A stretch of 64,000 nt of DNA, the filler included, from an uncultured Methanosarcinales archaeon (GTDB lineage: Archaea > Nanobdellota > Nanobdellia > Woesearchaeales > CAZOXR01): assembly GCA_964566535.1 (NCBI GenBank). It is 6 parts of 6 records of this genome, joined end to end, with 100 filler letters (N's around TTAATTAATTAA, not from the genome) between each part and the next. Parts side by side here need not be neighbours in the genome. Positions count along the whole stretch, not along the records: positions 35,657 to 45,078 come from CAZMIO010000019.1; positions 45,179 to 54,076 come from CAZMIO010000020.1; 4 more parts are not named here. The stretch is one strand, 5' to 3'. The notes under the pieces were generated by a model. It saw nothing but the letters and a program-made list of their open reading frames with translations, made no database searches and had not been told where the DNA came from. The position numbers were made by a program, and so were the translations under genes. Shown piece after piece: positions 41,836 through 52,637 of this stretch (position 1 is the first letter of the stretch; each line of letters starts with the position of its first letter).

Positions 41836-42572
41836 AATGTCCTAAATGCGGAGCAAGTATAACAAAAGATGATGCTTTTTGTCCAGAATGTGGTAGTAAA
41901 GCTGATTTTGAAAAAATTGAGAAAAAAAGTAAAAAGCATGAAGAAAAAGAACCCCATCATAAAGCTACTTCAAATAAATGGGTTAAACCAGTTTCAATCA
42001 TTGGAATAATTTTAATTGTGGGTGTAATATTCATTTTTGCAATACCTCTTCCCTATTATCCAACTGAAGTATATAGTATTAGTGAACCTTATACTGCTTC
42101 TGAAACTTATTATGAAGAAGATTCCTATCAAGATACAGAATGCGAATGGAAGTATCCTTCCTACAACAAGGATCAAGAAATGGAATGGGTTGGTGAAAGG
42201 ATTAAAGTTATATGCACCATAACCAATTTTGAAGATGAAGCTGTAAGTTTTAGTTACACTTTATGGACTGGAGAAAATTCTGGAGATACTGATGATGACT
42301 ATGGTCCTAGAAGTGTTACTGTGGGTCCAGGACAAACCGTTACTAAGGATAGTCTTTTAGATAACGGTCCAGGCGGTCATTATGGGTGTAGCGTTTCTGC
42401 AAGCCAAATAAAAGAGTGTCATCTAACAACTAAGTTTAAATCCGTTCCTAAACAAAGAACTGTAACTAAATATAAAAATGTAGATAAGGAAAGAAAAGTT
42501 ACAAGATATGCACCGTTATTCCAACGGTGGACAGGTCAAGTTAATTGGTATTTCAGAGAGGGTGAAGCATGA
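41832..42572 (+). CDS. Zinc-ribbon membrane protein
   Basis: CPKCG...FCPECG, TM helix, extracellular T/E/Y-rich region. Confidence 0.8.
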   Translation: MKCPKCGASITKDDAFCPECGSKADFEKIEKKSKKHEEKEPHHKATSNKWVKPVSIIGIILIVGVIFIFAIPLPYYPTEVYSISEPYTASETYYEEDSYQDTECEWKYPSYNKDQEMEWVGERIKVICTITNFEDEAVSFSYTLWTGENSGDTDDDYGPRSVTVGPGQTVTKDSLLDNGPGGHYGCSVSASQIKECHLTTKFKSVPKQRTVTKYKNVDKERKVTRYAPLFQRWTGQVNWYFREGEA

Positions 42573-43261
42573 AATATTGTAATAAATGTGGAGCAAAAAT
42601 AAAAGGGAATACTAAATTTTGTAACAAGTGCGGGAATAAAATCGAGAAAAAACAACCTATAAAAGAAGATAAAATAGAACACAAGCCACATCACACCCAT
42701 CATAAGAAAAGTTATTCTACGTACATCTGGATAGCAGTTTTTTTAATTTTATTTGCAGGGATAGTTTTTCCAACAAAAAATGTAGAATATCAGGTAGAAG
42801 TCCCATATGAAGATGTAGAATATTATACAGAAAAAGAGCCATATGAAACACAAGAAGCTTACGAAAAACAAGTCCCATATGAGGCTACTGAAACTTATGT
42901 GGATACTGTTCCTGTAGAGAGAGAAGTGCCTTATACAGACTATGAAACAGAATCTTGGTATGATTATACTACTGATTGTGATTATTCTTCATATTGTTCT
43001 TGTACGGGTACAAGTTGGTGGACTGGTAAGTGTAATAAATGTTATTGTTCCAAAACTAATCCCGTTACAAAGTATAAAAAGGAAATTATTGATGAAGAAG
43101 TAGAAAAAGAAAGAGCTATTACAAAATATAAAACTGTAATTGATTATAAAACAGTTACTAAATATAAAGATGTTCAAAAATCTAGAGAAGTTATGAAGAC
43201 AAAAATGGAAACAAGAATAAAGAAAGTAAATTGGCTTTTTGGTTTTGAAGTTCCTTGGTAA
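42569..43261 (+). CDS. Zinc-ribbon membrane protein with long beta-hairpin stalk-like region
   Basis: CNKCG...FCNKCG, TM, repeated VPY/EPY outbound and TKYK inbound segments around a Cys-rich tip. Confidence 0.8.
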   Translation: MKYCNKCGAKIKGNTKFCNKCGNKIEKKQPIKEDKIEHKPHHTHHKKSYSTYIWIAVFLILFAGIVFPTKNVEYQVEVPYEDVEYYTEKEPYETQEAYEKQVPYEATETYVDTVPVEREVPYTDYETESWYDYTTDCDYSSYCSCTGTSWWTGKCNKCYCSKTNPVTKYKKEIIDEEVEKERAITKYKTVIDYKTVTKYKDVQKSREVMKTKMETRIKKVNWLFGFEVPW

Positions 43262-43266
43262 TTAAT

Positions 43267-44280
43267 ATGAAATACTGCAATAAATGTGGGGCAAAATTAA
43301 AAGAAAACACAAAATTTTGCAATAAATGTGGAAATACCATAAAATTAGAAAAAGAAACCAGTAAAAATTGGATATTACCTGTATTTCTCGTTACTCTAAT
43401 CATAATATCTGTAAGTGGTTATTTAGTTTATTATAATTCTATTTCAAAGCAGGGAAAAACTGATGAATTGAATAAGATGGATCAATTAAAACAAAAACAA
43501 TCTCAATTAGATGAAGAATTTAATAGACAATTACAAGAAAAAGAATCTTCATTAATCAAGCAAAAACAAAGCACAGAATCTGGAGACCAAGATAATGATG
43601 GGTTAACCTATTCAGAAGAGATGAGTATGAATACTGACCCCTACAATCCAGATAGTGATGCAGATGGGATTATGGATGGTGAAGATCCTCATCCTGCGGG
43701 CGGAGGAATTATTTACAAAAGAACTGTACATTGGCAACATAATGGAAGAGATTACACTACACAATTTGGTATTCCTGAAGACTGGTATTTATATTATAAA
43801 AAACAACCAAGAGGGTATTGTTGTGATGGATGGGATAAATTTGCTACCCCTAATGATATTACAATAAAAAACATAGCTAAAGATATTGTTGATGTATCCA
43901 TAAGCACTGGCGATAATTGTAAAATATGTATCGCTATTGATTTTGTTCAATCAATTATTTATGAAAAAGATATTGATTACAACAAAAACAGGGAGTATCC
44001 TAAGTTTGCTATTGAGACAATTATTGATGAGAAAGGCGACTGTGAAGATACCTCATTTTTAATGGCTTCAATTTTGGAAGCGTTAGATATAGACACGATA
44101 CTTTTCGATTTGCCAGGCCACATGGCAGTAGGCGTTTATTGTAATAGTTGTTCTGGAACTTATTATACATATAAGGGGAGAGATTATTATTTCCTTGAAA
44201 CTACTGGTGCTCCTGGAAGTTGGGAAATGGGGAGAACAAGTTATGACTTAGATGAACTTGAGCATATAATTGAGGTGTAA
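43267..44280 (+). CDS. Zinc-ribbon membrane protein with transglutaminase-like cysteine protease domain
   Basis: CNKCG x2, TM, coiled coil, DQDNDGL/DSDADGI Ca-binding motifs. YPKFAIET, GDCED, PGHMAVG and FLETT motifs. Confidence 0.82.
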   Translation: MKYCNKCGAKLKENTKFCNKCGNTIKLEKETSKNWILPVFLVTLIIISVSGYLVYYNSISKQGKTDELNKMDQLKQKQSQLDEEFNRQLQEKESSLIKQKQSTESGDQDNDGLTYSEEMSMNTDPYNPDSDADGIMDGEDPHPAGGGIIYKRTVHWQHNGRDYTTQFGIPEDWYLYYKKQPRGYCCDGWDKFATPNDITIKNIAKDIVDVSISTGDNCKICIAIDFVQSIIYEKDIDYNKNREYPKFAIETIIDEKGDCEDTSFLMASILEALDIDTILFDLPGHMAVGVYCNSCSGTYYTYKGRDYYFLETTGAPGSWEMGRTSYDLDELEHIIEV

Positions 44281-44281
44281 T

Positions 44282-44764
44282 ATGATAGATTTAAGTATGT
44301 GGGAGATATTAAGTTTATTTTTATCTTTAGGTTTCCCATTATTTATTTCCATATATGAAGAAACGAGATATGTTAAAAGAAAGAATCTACTAGCTTATGG
44401 GGTTGCACTAATAATTTTTACCCTCATTTTTTTTAGTTTACCGTTGATGGAAAATCATGAATATTTGAGGTTGATTTCAATAATCTTCTTGGTATTGGGT
44501 GGTTTAATGATTTATTTTTGGAAGTATCCAAATAAAAATCCTATTCCAATGAACAATAGTAAAAGTTTGATCTATAGTTGGAAAAATTTTGGTGCTTTTG
44601 AATTTGCTTTTGTTTCCGTCGTGTTTTATAGCGAAATACCTAAGATTATATATTTTTTTGGAATTAAAGTGTTAGATTTAGGAATAAGTCTATTAATTAT
44701 TTTTTGGGTAACCTCTTTTGGGATTCGAATTTATAGGAAATGGGAAAGAGATGATAGACACTAA
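44282..44764 (+). CDS. Multi-pass membrane protein
   Basis: About five hydrophobic segments. ATG 1 nt after the upstream stop. Confidence 0.7.
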   Translation: MIDLSMWEILSLFLSLGFPLFISIYEETRYVKRKNLLAYGVALIIFTLIFFSLPLMENHEYLRLISIIFLVLGGLMIYFWKYPNKNPIPMNNSKSLIYSWKNFGAFEFAFVSVVFYSEIPKIIYFFGIKVLDLGISLLIIFWVTSFGIRIYRKWERDDRH

Positions 44765-45021
44765 GCCCCCGATTTTATATTTTAGTTTTATTTAGTTAAT
44801 TATATTTAGCCCCCGATTCCGTTTTTTTCGTTTGTGCCTCTTTGTCTAAATAAATAGATTTTCAACTGCGAAGTTTCTCGACAATAACAGGAAATTATTG
44901 AGGATAATTTTATGCAAATTAATTCTTAATTAATTTATAGTTCTGAAATTCTTTGATGGATTTTAGAATTATCGTCGAGAAATCAGCTGAACGTAGTTCT
45001 GCGAGGCAAATAAAAAATTAC

Positions 45022-45062
45022 GCATAACAACTATTAAGCGAATATTTATCTCGCTTAATAGT
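45022..45062. repeat. Minimal/degenerate att-like site 3
   Basis: GCATAAC then a 12-bp perfect stem ACTATTAAGCGA/TCGCTTAATAGT sharing TTAAGCG/CGCTTAA with site 2. No right-hand GTT before the contig end. Confidence 0.55.
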
Positions 45063-45078
45063 ATCATCTAGTGCAAAA

Positions 45079-45178
45079 NNNNNNNNNNNNNNNNNNNNNN
45101 NNNNNNNNNNNNNNNNNNNNNNTTAATTAATTAANNNNNNNNNNNNNNNNNNNNNNNNNNNNNNNNNNNNNNNNNNNN
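45079..45178. other. Artificial contig linker
   Basis: N-run + TTAATTAATTAA + N-run. Confidence 0.98.
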
Positions 45179-48100
45179 TATCCTGTCTAATTCTTCTTGC
45201 TCCTTTTGTTGTTCTAGTTCTATTTGTTTTTGTCTTTCAAGTTCTTTTTCTTTTTCTTCTTGTGCTACTCTTTCCTTGTCTTTCCTTTGTCTTTCTTCTA
45301 TTCTTTGTTGTCTTTCAAGTTCTTTTTGTGCTTTTGCTTCTCCTATCTGTTTTTGTTCTTCTTCTAGTTTCTTTTGTGCCTCTAATTCTATTCTCTCTTG
45401 TTCTTTTCTTTTTTCATCTAATTCCTTTTGTCTTTCTAGTTGTATTTTTCTTTCTACTTCTTCCTTGGCTTTTCTTTCTTTTTCTAGCTCTAACTGCTTC
45501 TTTTCTTCTTTTGTTTTTATTATGCCTAAAGAATGGAATGTGTCATAGACTTTTTGCTTTGTTGCTTTTCTTAAGGTGACTAATTCCTTTTCCCTTCTTT
45601 CTTTCTTAGCTATCTTTTCTTTCTCAATCCTTCTTTTGTGAATCTTGATATCTTCGTAGCTTTGTTCTATCTTTTCGTAAAGAAGTTCTTCAATATCTTC
45701 AGGAGATCCTACGTATACCTTCCTTAATTTATCATATTGTCTTTCTGCTTTGCTTACGTTCTTCTCTTTTAATGATTCTGAGATGTCTTCTAGAATTTGG
45801 AGTGATTTTTGGAGGAGATCTTCTTTTCTTTTTTGGATAAGTTCTTTTTGTTTTTTCTTTTCTTCTCTTTTTTGTCTTCTCTTTTCAAGGGCATTTTGTT
45901 TTTCCTGCTCTACTCTTGTTTGTTCTTTATTTTTTTGCTCTGTTAATTCAATCTCTTTTTGTTTTTCTAGTTCTCTTTGTTTTTGCCTTTCTTCTTGTAA
46001 CTTTTGCTCTTCTTTTAGTTTCTTTTGTGCTTCTAATTCTCCTTTTTTAGCTTCTTCTTGTTCTTCTCTTTCTAATCTTTCTTGCTCTTTTCTTTGTTCC
46101 TCTGTTGCTTCCTGCCTTTCTTTATCTTTGATTGCTTTTTGCCTTTCTAATTCTTTTTGCCTTTCTTTTTCTTCTAGTTCTTTTTGCCTTTCTAGTATTT
46201 TTTGTTGATTCTCTCTTAGTCTCTTCTTTCTCCCTAGCTCAATTTGTTGGATTTCTTCTTCTGTCTTAGTTAAACCTATGCTATGGAATATGTCAAATAT
46301 TTTTTCTTGTCTTATTTTTTTTAGTTTCTTTCTTTTTCCCTCTTTTTCCCTAATCTTGTCTAGTTTATCCTGAGATATGTTTTCTTTCTTTGATTTAATT
46401 TCGTTATAGGTGGAATCAACTTTTTTGTATAATAAGTTTCTAACTTCTTCAGCTGAATCTAAGTATATTTTCTTTAATTTGTCATATCTGTGTTCTGCCT
46501 TGGAGATATTTTCTTTAGTTAGGGCAATGTGTACATCTTCAATGAGAACGTCACACCTTCTTAATAGGAGTCTAATATTTTTTCTCTTATTTTCCTTTTC
46601 TTTTTCCTTTAGTAGTTTTTCTTTTTCTTTTTCTACTATTAATCTTCCGTCCTGTATCTTTTTCTCTCTTGCTTTTCTTTCTTTTTCCTCTTTTTCTCTT
46701 AATCGTTTCTTTTCTGATTCTATTTGTCTTCTTGCTTCTTTCCTTCTTTTCTCTTCAAGTTCTTTTTCTCTTTCTTTTTGTTGTCTTATCTTATCTTTTT
46801 CTTTTTCTTGTTGTTTTCTTTCTTGTTCTATTCTTCTTGTTCGTTCTTCTTGTGCTCTTATCCTTTCTCTTTCTCTTTCTTCTATCCTTCTTTGTTGTTC
46901 TAATTCTTTTTGTCTCTTTTCTTCTATCTTTTTTTCTAAATTATTTGTCAGTTTTTCTTTATTTTTTTGGAATATTTTCTTCGGACTGAATAAATTTGAG
47001 AAGATATCTTTTCCTGTATCTTTCTTTTCCTGCTTTTTCTTGTTCTTATCTATTTTCTTTTTTAGTTTTCCTTCGCTGAGTGCTTTTTCTGTCTGTTTGA
47101 TTAATTTGTAAGAATTATTTACTTTTTTATAGACTGAACTTCTAATATCTTCTGGCAGGGAGACATAGACTCTTCTTAGTTTGTCATATTTCTTTTCTGC
47201 TTTGTAGACCTTGTTTTTGGATATAGAGTCCCTAATATCTTCAAATAAGAAGTTGCACTTTCTTAGAACTTTTCTTGCCTTTCTATTCTTTGCTCCCCTT
47301 ATTTTATCCCTTCTTATCCTTTCTTTTAGTCTTTGTTGGTTTAATCTTTCTTCTTCTTTTCTTTGTTCTTTTAACTCTTTTTCTCTTGTTACTTTTCTTT
47401 CTAATTTTCTTTTTTCTAGTATCCTTTCTTTGATTTCTTGTTCTCTTTGTCTTTTTTTCTCGTTAATTTCTCTTAATTTTATTATTTCTTCTTGTTTCTT
47501 TGCTTCTTCTTTGTTATTTCTTGCTAAGTCTCTTATCTTTATCTTTTCCTCTAATCTTTTGAATCTAGAATTTCTTGATTCTTCGAACTTTTTTAAGAGA
47601 TTATCTTCTTTTTCCTTAACTTTGCCTTTTATTGTTTCGACTAAATTGAAATACCTCTTTTTTGTTTGCCCTTGTTCTGATTGTGACTCTTCTATCTTTT
47701 CGGTTGGTTGCGGTATAGGTTCTGTTTGTTGAGTAAACTCATCTTTTGGTGCGAATATTTTAGTCTTAATGTCCTTTGCTTTTTGCTCGAAGTCTTCTTG
47801 CTCTTCGTCTTCTAACATCCCTTCTTTTTCTTGTTCTAATCTATCTTTTAGTTTTTGTATCGATGTTTTTTCACTTTCATGTAGCTTTTCTTCTTCTCCT
47901 TGGATTTCCTGGTTTAGTCTTTCCTTGTCTAATGCCTCTTTTAATTTAGCAACCCTTTCTTTTTGATCTTGCTTTGTCTTTTCATCCTGGGTCCTGTATA
48001 ATTCTTTTATTCTTTCTTTTTCAAGTTTTTTTCTTAGGTTGTGTTGTTTGACTAGCCATTTTCTTTTTTCTTCTCTTATCTTTACTCTTTGTTTTTGATT

Positions 48101-49858
48101 GGAAATGTTGTTTTTTGATTCGTTTAACTCCTCAATCAATCTTTTGAAGAAGGGGACTTTCTTTCTCTTTTTGTCAAGAATTCTTAATCTTTTGAGCTCT
48201 TTTTCTCTTAATTTACGTTCTTCATCTTCTCTTGCGTATGTTAGGTGGTCTTCTTGTAGGTTTTCTACTAATTTAGTTTGGTCATTCTTGAGATTATCTT
48301 TTAATTGTTGAATATGTTGTTTGCGAGACCCTTTGAGTTTATCCTTTTCTAAGATATCTCTTAATTCTGCCTGTTTAGATAGTTCTTTTTCTTTTAGTCT
48401 TCTTTCTTTGTCTTTTTGTTTGTCTTCTTTGTATTTGGTTAAATTATCTTTTAGTTTAGTGAATGGTTGTTTTAATTTGTTGATAAAAGTAGTTCTCTTT
48501 TTTTCTTGAAGTCCTTGTTTGTGGAGTTTTAGTTCTTTTTCATGCTGTCTGCTTAATTCTTTTAATTTTAGTTCTTCTAATCTTTGTTTTTGTTGTTCTA
48601 ATTTTATCTGTTCTTGCTGTTTCTTTTCTTCCTCTCTTTCCCTCTCTTCTTCTGATTCTTCATTGTTCAAGTCTTTTTCCTTCTTTAACTTCCATCTTTG
48701 GAATAGTTCTGTTAATCTTGGTACAGATCCTTTTACTCTGGCTGCTCCTTCTATGACTTTTGTTTGGGCTTCTGCTAGCTCCCTAGGTATAGCTATTACT
48801 TGCCTAGGTAGTTGAGTTTGTTGAATTGTTACTTCTGGTGGGATTCCACTTATCTTTCTGTAGATTAGGGAGCCTAGTGCGAAATAGCTATATGCTCCTA
48901 TTGAGAATATGATTAGGACTAGGATTAAGGATAGAGACCAGCACATGACATCGTTTCTACAGAATGCGATGAGGTCAAAGTATTTTTCCTCTGTTACTGG
49001 GTCAATTACTTCGAATAGGTAGGAGGCTGTTCCTATTGAACCCCCATATGTTGCTTTTGCAATGAATACATAACTTCCTAAGTTTAGATTCTTTGGGATG
49101 TGGATTGTTTTGAAGAAGGATGCCTGGGTTTTTACTACTACTGTTTCTATCTCTGTTATTATCGTGTTGCCCTCTAGGTCTTTTACGAAATACTCCATAT
49201 TTAGGTTAACTGGATCAATTCCCTGCAGATTGAATAGTCTTATTTCAACAACGATATCCTGGCTTCTTTTTACTGTTCTTTCTTTTGCTAATGTGTTTAG
49301 GTTCATGTCAAATAGTACATTGCTGCTTTCTATCTCAACTACTACAGGTATGTTCTTTGTGTAGTCTTCAGAAGTTGCTACTAGTGACCCTACATAGACT
49401 CCCGGTGTTTGTTCGATTTGCCTTATTGGGTCAAAGCTTGAAATATTTAAGTTTACAATCTTTGTCTGACCGGGTTTTGTTAGGAAGTTTGATTCTGACG
49501 TCCTTACGATATCCGCAAGATTCTTTGTGAATAGGGTGATTGATTGGTCTTCGTTTCCTGTATTTGTTACTCTTATTGGACGGCTCACGAATTCTTTTTC
49601 TTTGATTAATACTTTTAGTAGAAGTTGGTCTATATCAAATAGAGGAGTTTGTTCTGTTATAGTTTGTTGTTGGATAGTATGGGACCTTGATTGGATTATG
49701 AGGTAGCCGCCAAATACTATTGCTAAGATTATGAAAGCGCTGATTAGGAATGAGAAGAACTTTTTGAATCCTGTATGTGGGTGTTTGGTTTGGATTCTAG
49801 TTCTAGGCCTAGCGATTCTTTTTCTTGCTTTTTCTGGCTTTGATTTTCTTTTAACCAA
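45179..49858 (-). CDS. Large two-TM membrane protein with >1100-aa K/E/R/Q-rich coiled coil, 3'-truncated
   Basis: TTG start after AGGTGA. TM, Ig-like domains, TM, then a charged coiled coil with three AExxYDKLxxxY modules. Confidence 0.85.
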
Positions 49859-49960
49859 TTATTTCACCTATATAATAGATGATGAAAATTAGTTACAGCA
49901 CAGTGCTGGAACGGGTCTCATTATCTATCACTCTCTTTTTTTTGATGCCTTGATTGCGGA

Positions 49961-50116
49961 CTAGTCTTTTTTTTCTTTTGATCCTTTCATGTTGAGATCT
50001 TTTTTTATTAGATTCTCAAGGTAGTCAGATATTTCTGTCTCTAAGTCTATACATTTCTTCTTGACTTCCTTCCATAAGTCTGGATCTATTTTCAGACTAG
50101 TCGTTTTTCTAGGCAT
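49961..50116 (-). CDS. Small RHH/CopG-like protein (51 aa), not in ORF track
   Basis: MPRKTTSLKIDPDLWKEVKKKCIDLETEISDYLENLIKKDLNMKGSKEKKD. TATA-like sequence upstream. Confidence 0.75.
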   Translation of the reverse strand: MPRKTTSLKIDPDLWKEVKKKCIDLETEISDYLENLIKKDLNMKGSKEKKD

Positions 50117-50203
50117 GTAGGGTATTATAGGATTATTTAGGTATATAAATGTTCCTATATTGTAGTATAGTATTATAGGGATTGGTTAGAAATTAGGGTT
50201 TAT

Positions 50204-52510
50204 CTAGAATCCTCGTTTTTTTCTCTTAAGCAGCCTTGTTATGACAACAACGTAGATTAATGAAGAAATTGCTACAATTACGAATATTGAGATGACTCTG
50301 TTTCTTGCTTCTTTGATTGAGATTAGTTCTTCCTCTGTTAGTACTTCAAACATCTGGCTTGAAAGAGCGTATGAATTTGCATACCTTACTTCAATTGCAG
50401 CTACATATTGGCCAGGATTTAGGTCTGGTGGGAGGTCGAAAATCTTAACGTAGGATGATTGTTTTTCAACTGCAAATGTTTCTGATTCTTCAGTTATTAA
50501 GTTACCTTGGAGGTCTTTTATTAGATAGTTTACCATGACGTCTACTTTTCCTCCTAAGACGTTGAATAAAGTTATTTGAGCTCTGAGGTCTTGGTCTTGG
50601 GCTATTTGCTTGAAATTTGAGGGAATGTCTAATTTTGCATCGAATAATGCATCTTGTGATTCTATCTCTAAGATAATTGGGATTGATTTGATGACATTTT
50701 GAGTTGTTAATATTAGTCTTCCTACGAATAAACCAAATCTTTTACCTATCATGTTGATTATTATTGTCTTTCTTTCTCCAGCATTTAGGTCAAAATTATA
50801 ATCTGAGATTGAAACAAAGTCTCTTAACTCCTCTATGTCTAGGCTTAAGGAGATTTTTTCAGTACCTAGGTTTCTTATCTCTAAAGTGGTTTTGTCATCT
50901 CTTCCTATCTTAAGGGTGGCTTTAATCTCTTTTTTATCTAATCTGAAGTCGTATCTTAAGTCCTTTAACGTTGCTGGGGATCCTCCGCCTCCTCCACCTG
51001 CTGATGGGGCAGCTTCCCCCTCCTCTTTCGGAGGTATTGGTGTTTCACGGGATGAATAGGTGGCTATTTCTGAATTATTGTAGGATGTTAATTCAGTTAC
51101 ATTGAATCTAAATGTCTTGTTTTTGAAACTAGTTTCTAAGCAGTCTGAACAGGTTGTGCCATCTTTTAGCACTTGTGGATTTGAGAATGTTATATTGTAG
51201 AGGTAGATGTCTGAAGATGTGTTGAAGGATAATGGGTAAGTTCCATTTATCATTATTCTATTTAGGCTGATATTTACTCTTTTGTCAAAGTCAATACCTT
51301 TGCTTAAGTCAATTGATTCTAATAAATCTAATTTTCCATAATCTGGAATCTCTAGAATCAGATTAGGGACTTCAAATACATTTACTGTTGAGAATTCTGT
51401 TGTTTGGCCAGAGTATTTGGTTGTTTTTATGACTGCAACATTTCTTACTCCAGATGTTGCGTTGTTGCTTATGATGTTGATACATCCAATTGACCAATTA
51501 TAGCTTATTGGTTCAAGGTCATTCAAAGTGAAGTTTTGGTAGATTCCTTTTGTTATGGTTTGGTCTGTTTGATTTTCTAGGTCATTAATGTATAGTGTAC
51601 AGTTTGTTACGCTAATAGCATCAGTAACTGTATAGGTGAATGTGATATTTGCATCATTATCCCCCGATTTGTTTATTGGTGTGACTAATGTTATCTCTGG
51701 AGGGGTTGTGTCTATTATTATTACGATGCTTGCATTTTGACTATATCCTATCTGGTCATAAGCGCTTACTGAAACGTTGTAGGAACCGTCGTTTATTTCT
51801 AAGTTAGTGATATTGTTTCTTGAGGAGATATTGAACGTGTTGTTTATGTAAATTGTGTAGTTAATTGTATCGTTGTCTAAGTCAAATGATGAGTAGTTTA
51901 TGTCTAGTTGGGCTAGGATGGCGTTGTTATCAGGATATATTATTGTAGGTATTTTTGGTACTGTGTTGTTTATGTCAAATGATTGGATATCTGAGAATCC
52001 TAAATTCCCTGCTGTGTCATTACAGATGAATTGCCAACCTAATGTATCATTTTGTATTAATGTGACTTGGTAGGTGAAGCTTACTTCAACTGGAGAACCT
52101 GATGTGCTTACATATGATTCATTTACCCATTCTTCCGAATTGTTATGGCTGAATATATATCCATGAATGCTGCTTTGATCAGTACATGTTGCGTTGAATT
52201 TGACTATATCGTTGTATCTTATTGTTGAGGTGTTTGTCCCTATGTTTGTGATGTTTGGGCCTGTTGTGTCCCCTCCTAAAGTGTGTATGAACCCTACCTT
52301 TAGTTCATAGTTGTCCGAAGAGGTATTGTCTCCTACGTTAGTTATGGTTAATTTTGTGTTGTAATTTGACGAATTGGTTGATGCAGTTCCTCCATTGTTA
52401 ACATCTAATGTTGTTTTGTAAGTTGATGAGTTTGATGTTAGTGCGGAGATGGTTGAAACTAATAGGATTAGGATAGTTATCCAGATTGTTATGTTCACTT
52501 CTTTTTTCAT
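50204..52510 (-). CDS. Secreted surface glycoprotein with Ig-like domains and C-terminal TM
   Basis: Signal peptide, NxS/T-rich, GGGGGG linker. The C-terminal domain (YLIKDLQGNLITEESETFAV) is paralogous to YFVKDLEGNTIITEIETVVV of the 49858 gene. Confidence 0.82.
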   Translation of the reverse strand: MKKEVNITIWITILILLVSTISALTSNSSTYKTTLDVNNGGTASTNSSNYNTKLTITNVGDNTSSDNYELKVGFIHTLGGDTTGPNITNIGTNTSTIRYNDIVKFNATCTDQSSIHGYIFSHNNSEEWVNESYVSTSGSPVEVSFTYQVTLIQNDTLGWQFICNDTAGNLGFSDIQSFDINNTVPKIPTIIYPDNNAILAQLDINYSSFDLDNDTINYTIYINNTFNISSRNNITNLEINDGSYNVSVSAYDQIGYSQNASIVIIIDTTPPEITLVTPINKSGDNDANITFTYTVTDAISVTNCTLYINDLENQTDQTITKGIYQNFTLNDLEPISYNWSIGCINIISNNATSGVRNVAVIKTTKYSGQTTEFSTVNVFEVPNLILEIPDYGKLDLLESIDLSKGIDFDKRVNISLNRIMINGTYPLSFNTSSDIYLYNITFSNPQVLKDGTTCSDCLETSFKNKTFRFNVTELTSYNNSEIATYSSRETPIPPKEEGEAAPSAGGGGGGSPATLKDLRYDFRLDKKEIKATLKIGRDDKTTLEIRNLGTEKISLSLDIEELRDFVSISDYNFDLNAGERKTIIINMIGKRFGLFVGRLILTTQNVIKSIPIILEIESQDALFDAKLDIPSNFKQIAQDQDLRAQITLFNVLGGKVDVMVNYLIKDLQGNLITEESETFAVEKQSSYVKIFDLPPDLNPGQYVAAIEVRYANSYALSSQMFEVLTEEELISIKEARNRVISIFVIVAISSLIYVVVITRLLKRKKRGF

Positions 52511-52637
52511 CTTTTTTTGTCTATAGTCACGGACAAAATTAATTGAGCAATAGTTGTCCGTTCGTAATAAGCAAAGAGCAGTTTATTGCTCAATTATTTG
52601 TGCTCTTTGCTATATGCTTGGGATTTCCTTATTCTTT

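Larger units (their letters stand above)
40296..45028. mobile_element. Putative gene cassette 2 (wHTH + zinc-ribbon membrane protein operon)
   Basis: TTGTTATGCGTA at 40293-40304 is the exact complement of TACGCATAACAA at 45019-45030. Five more colinear inverted blocks lie in the flanks. Confidence 0.6.

Noticed and set aside
45262..48815. Many F/S/L-rich + strand ORFs (also 61374-62730)
   Set aside because: Antisense shadows of K/E-rich coiled-coil genes.
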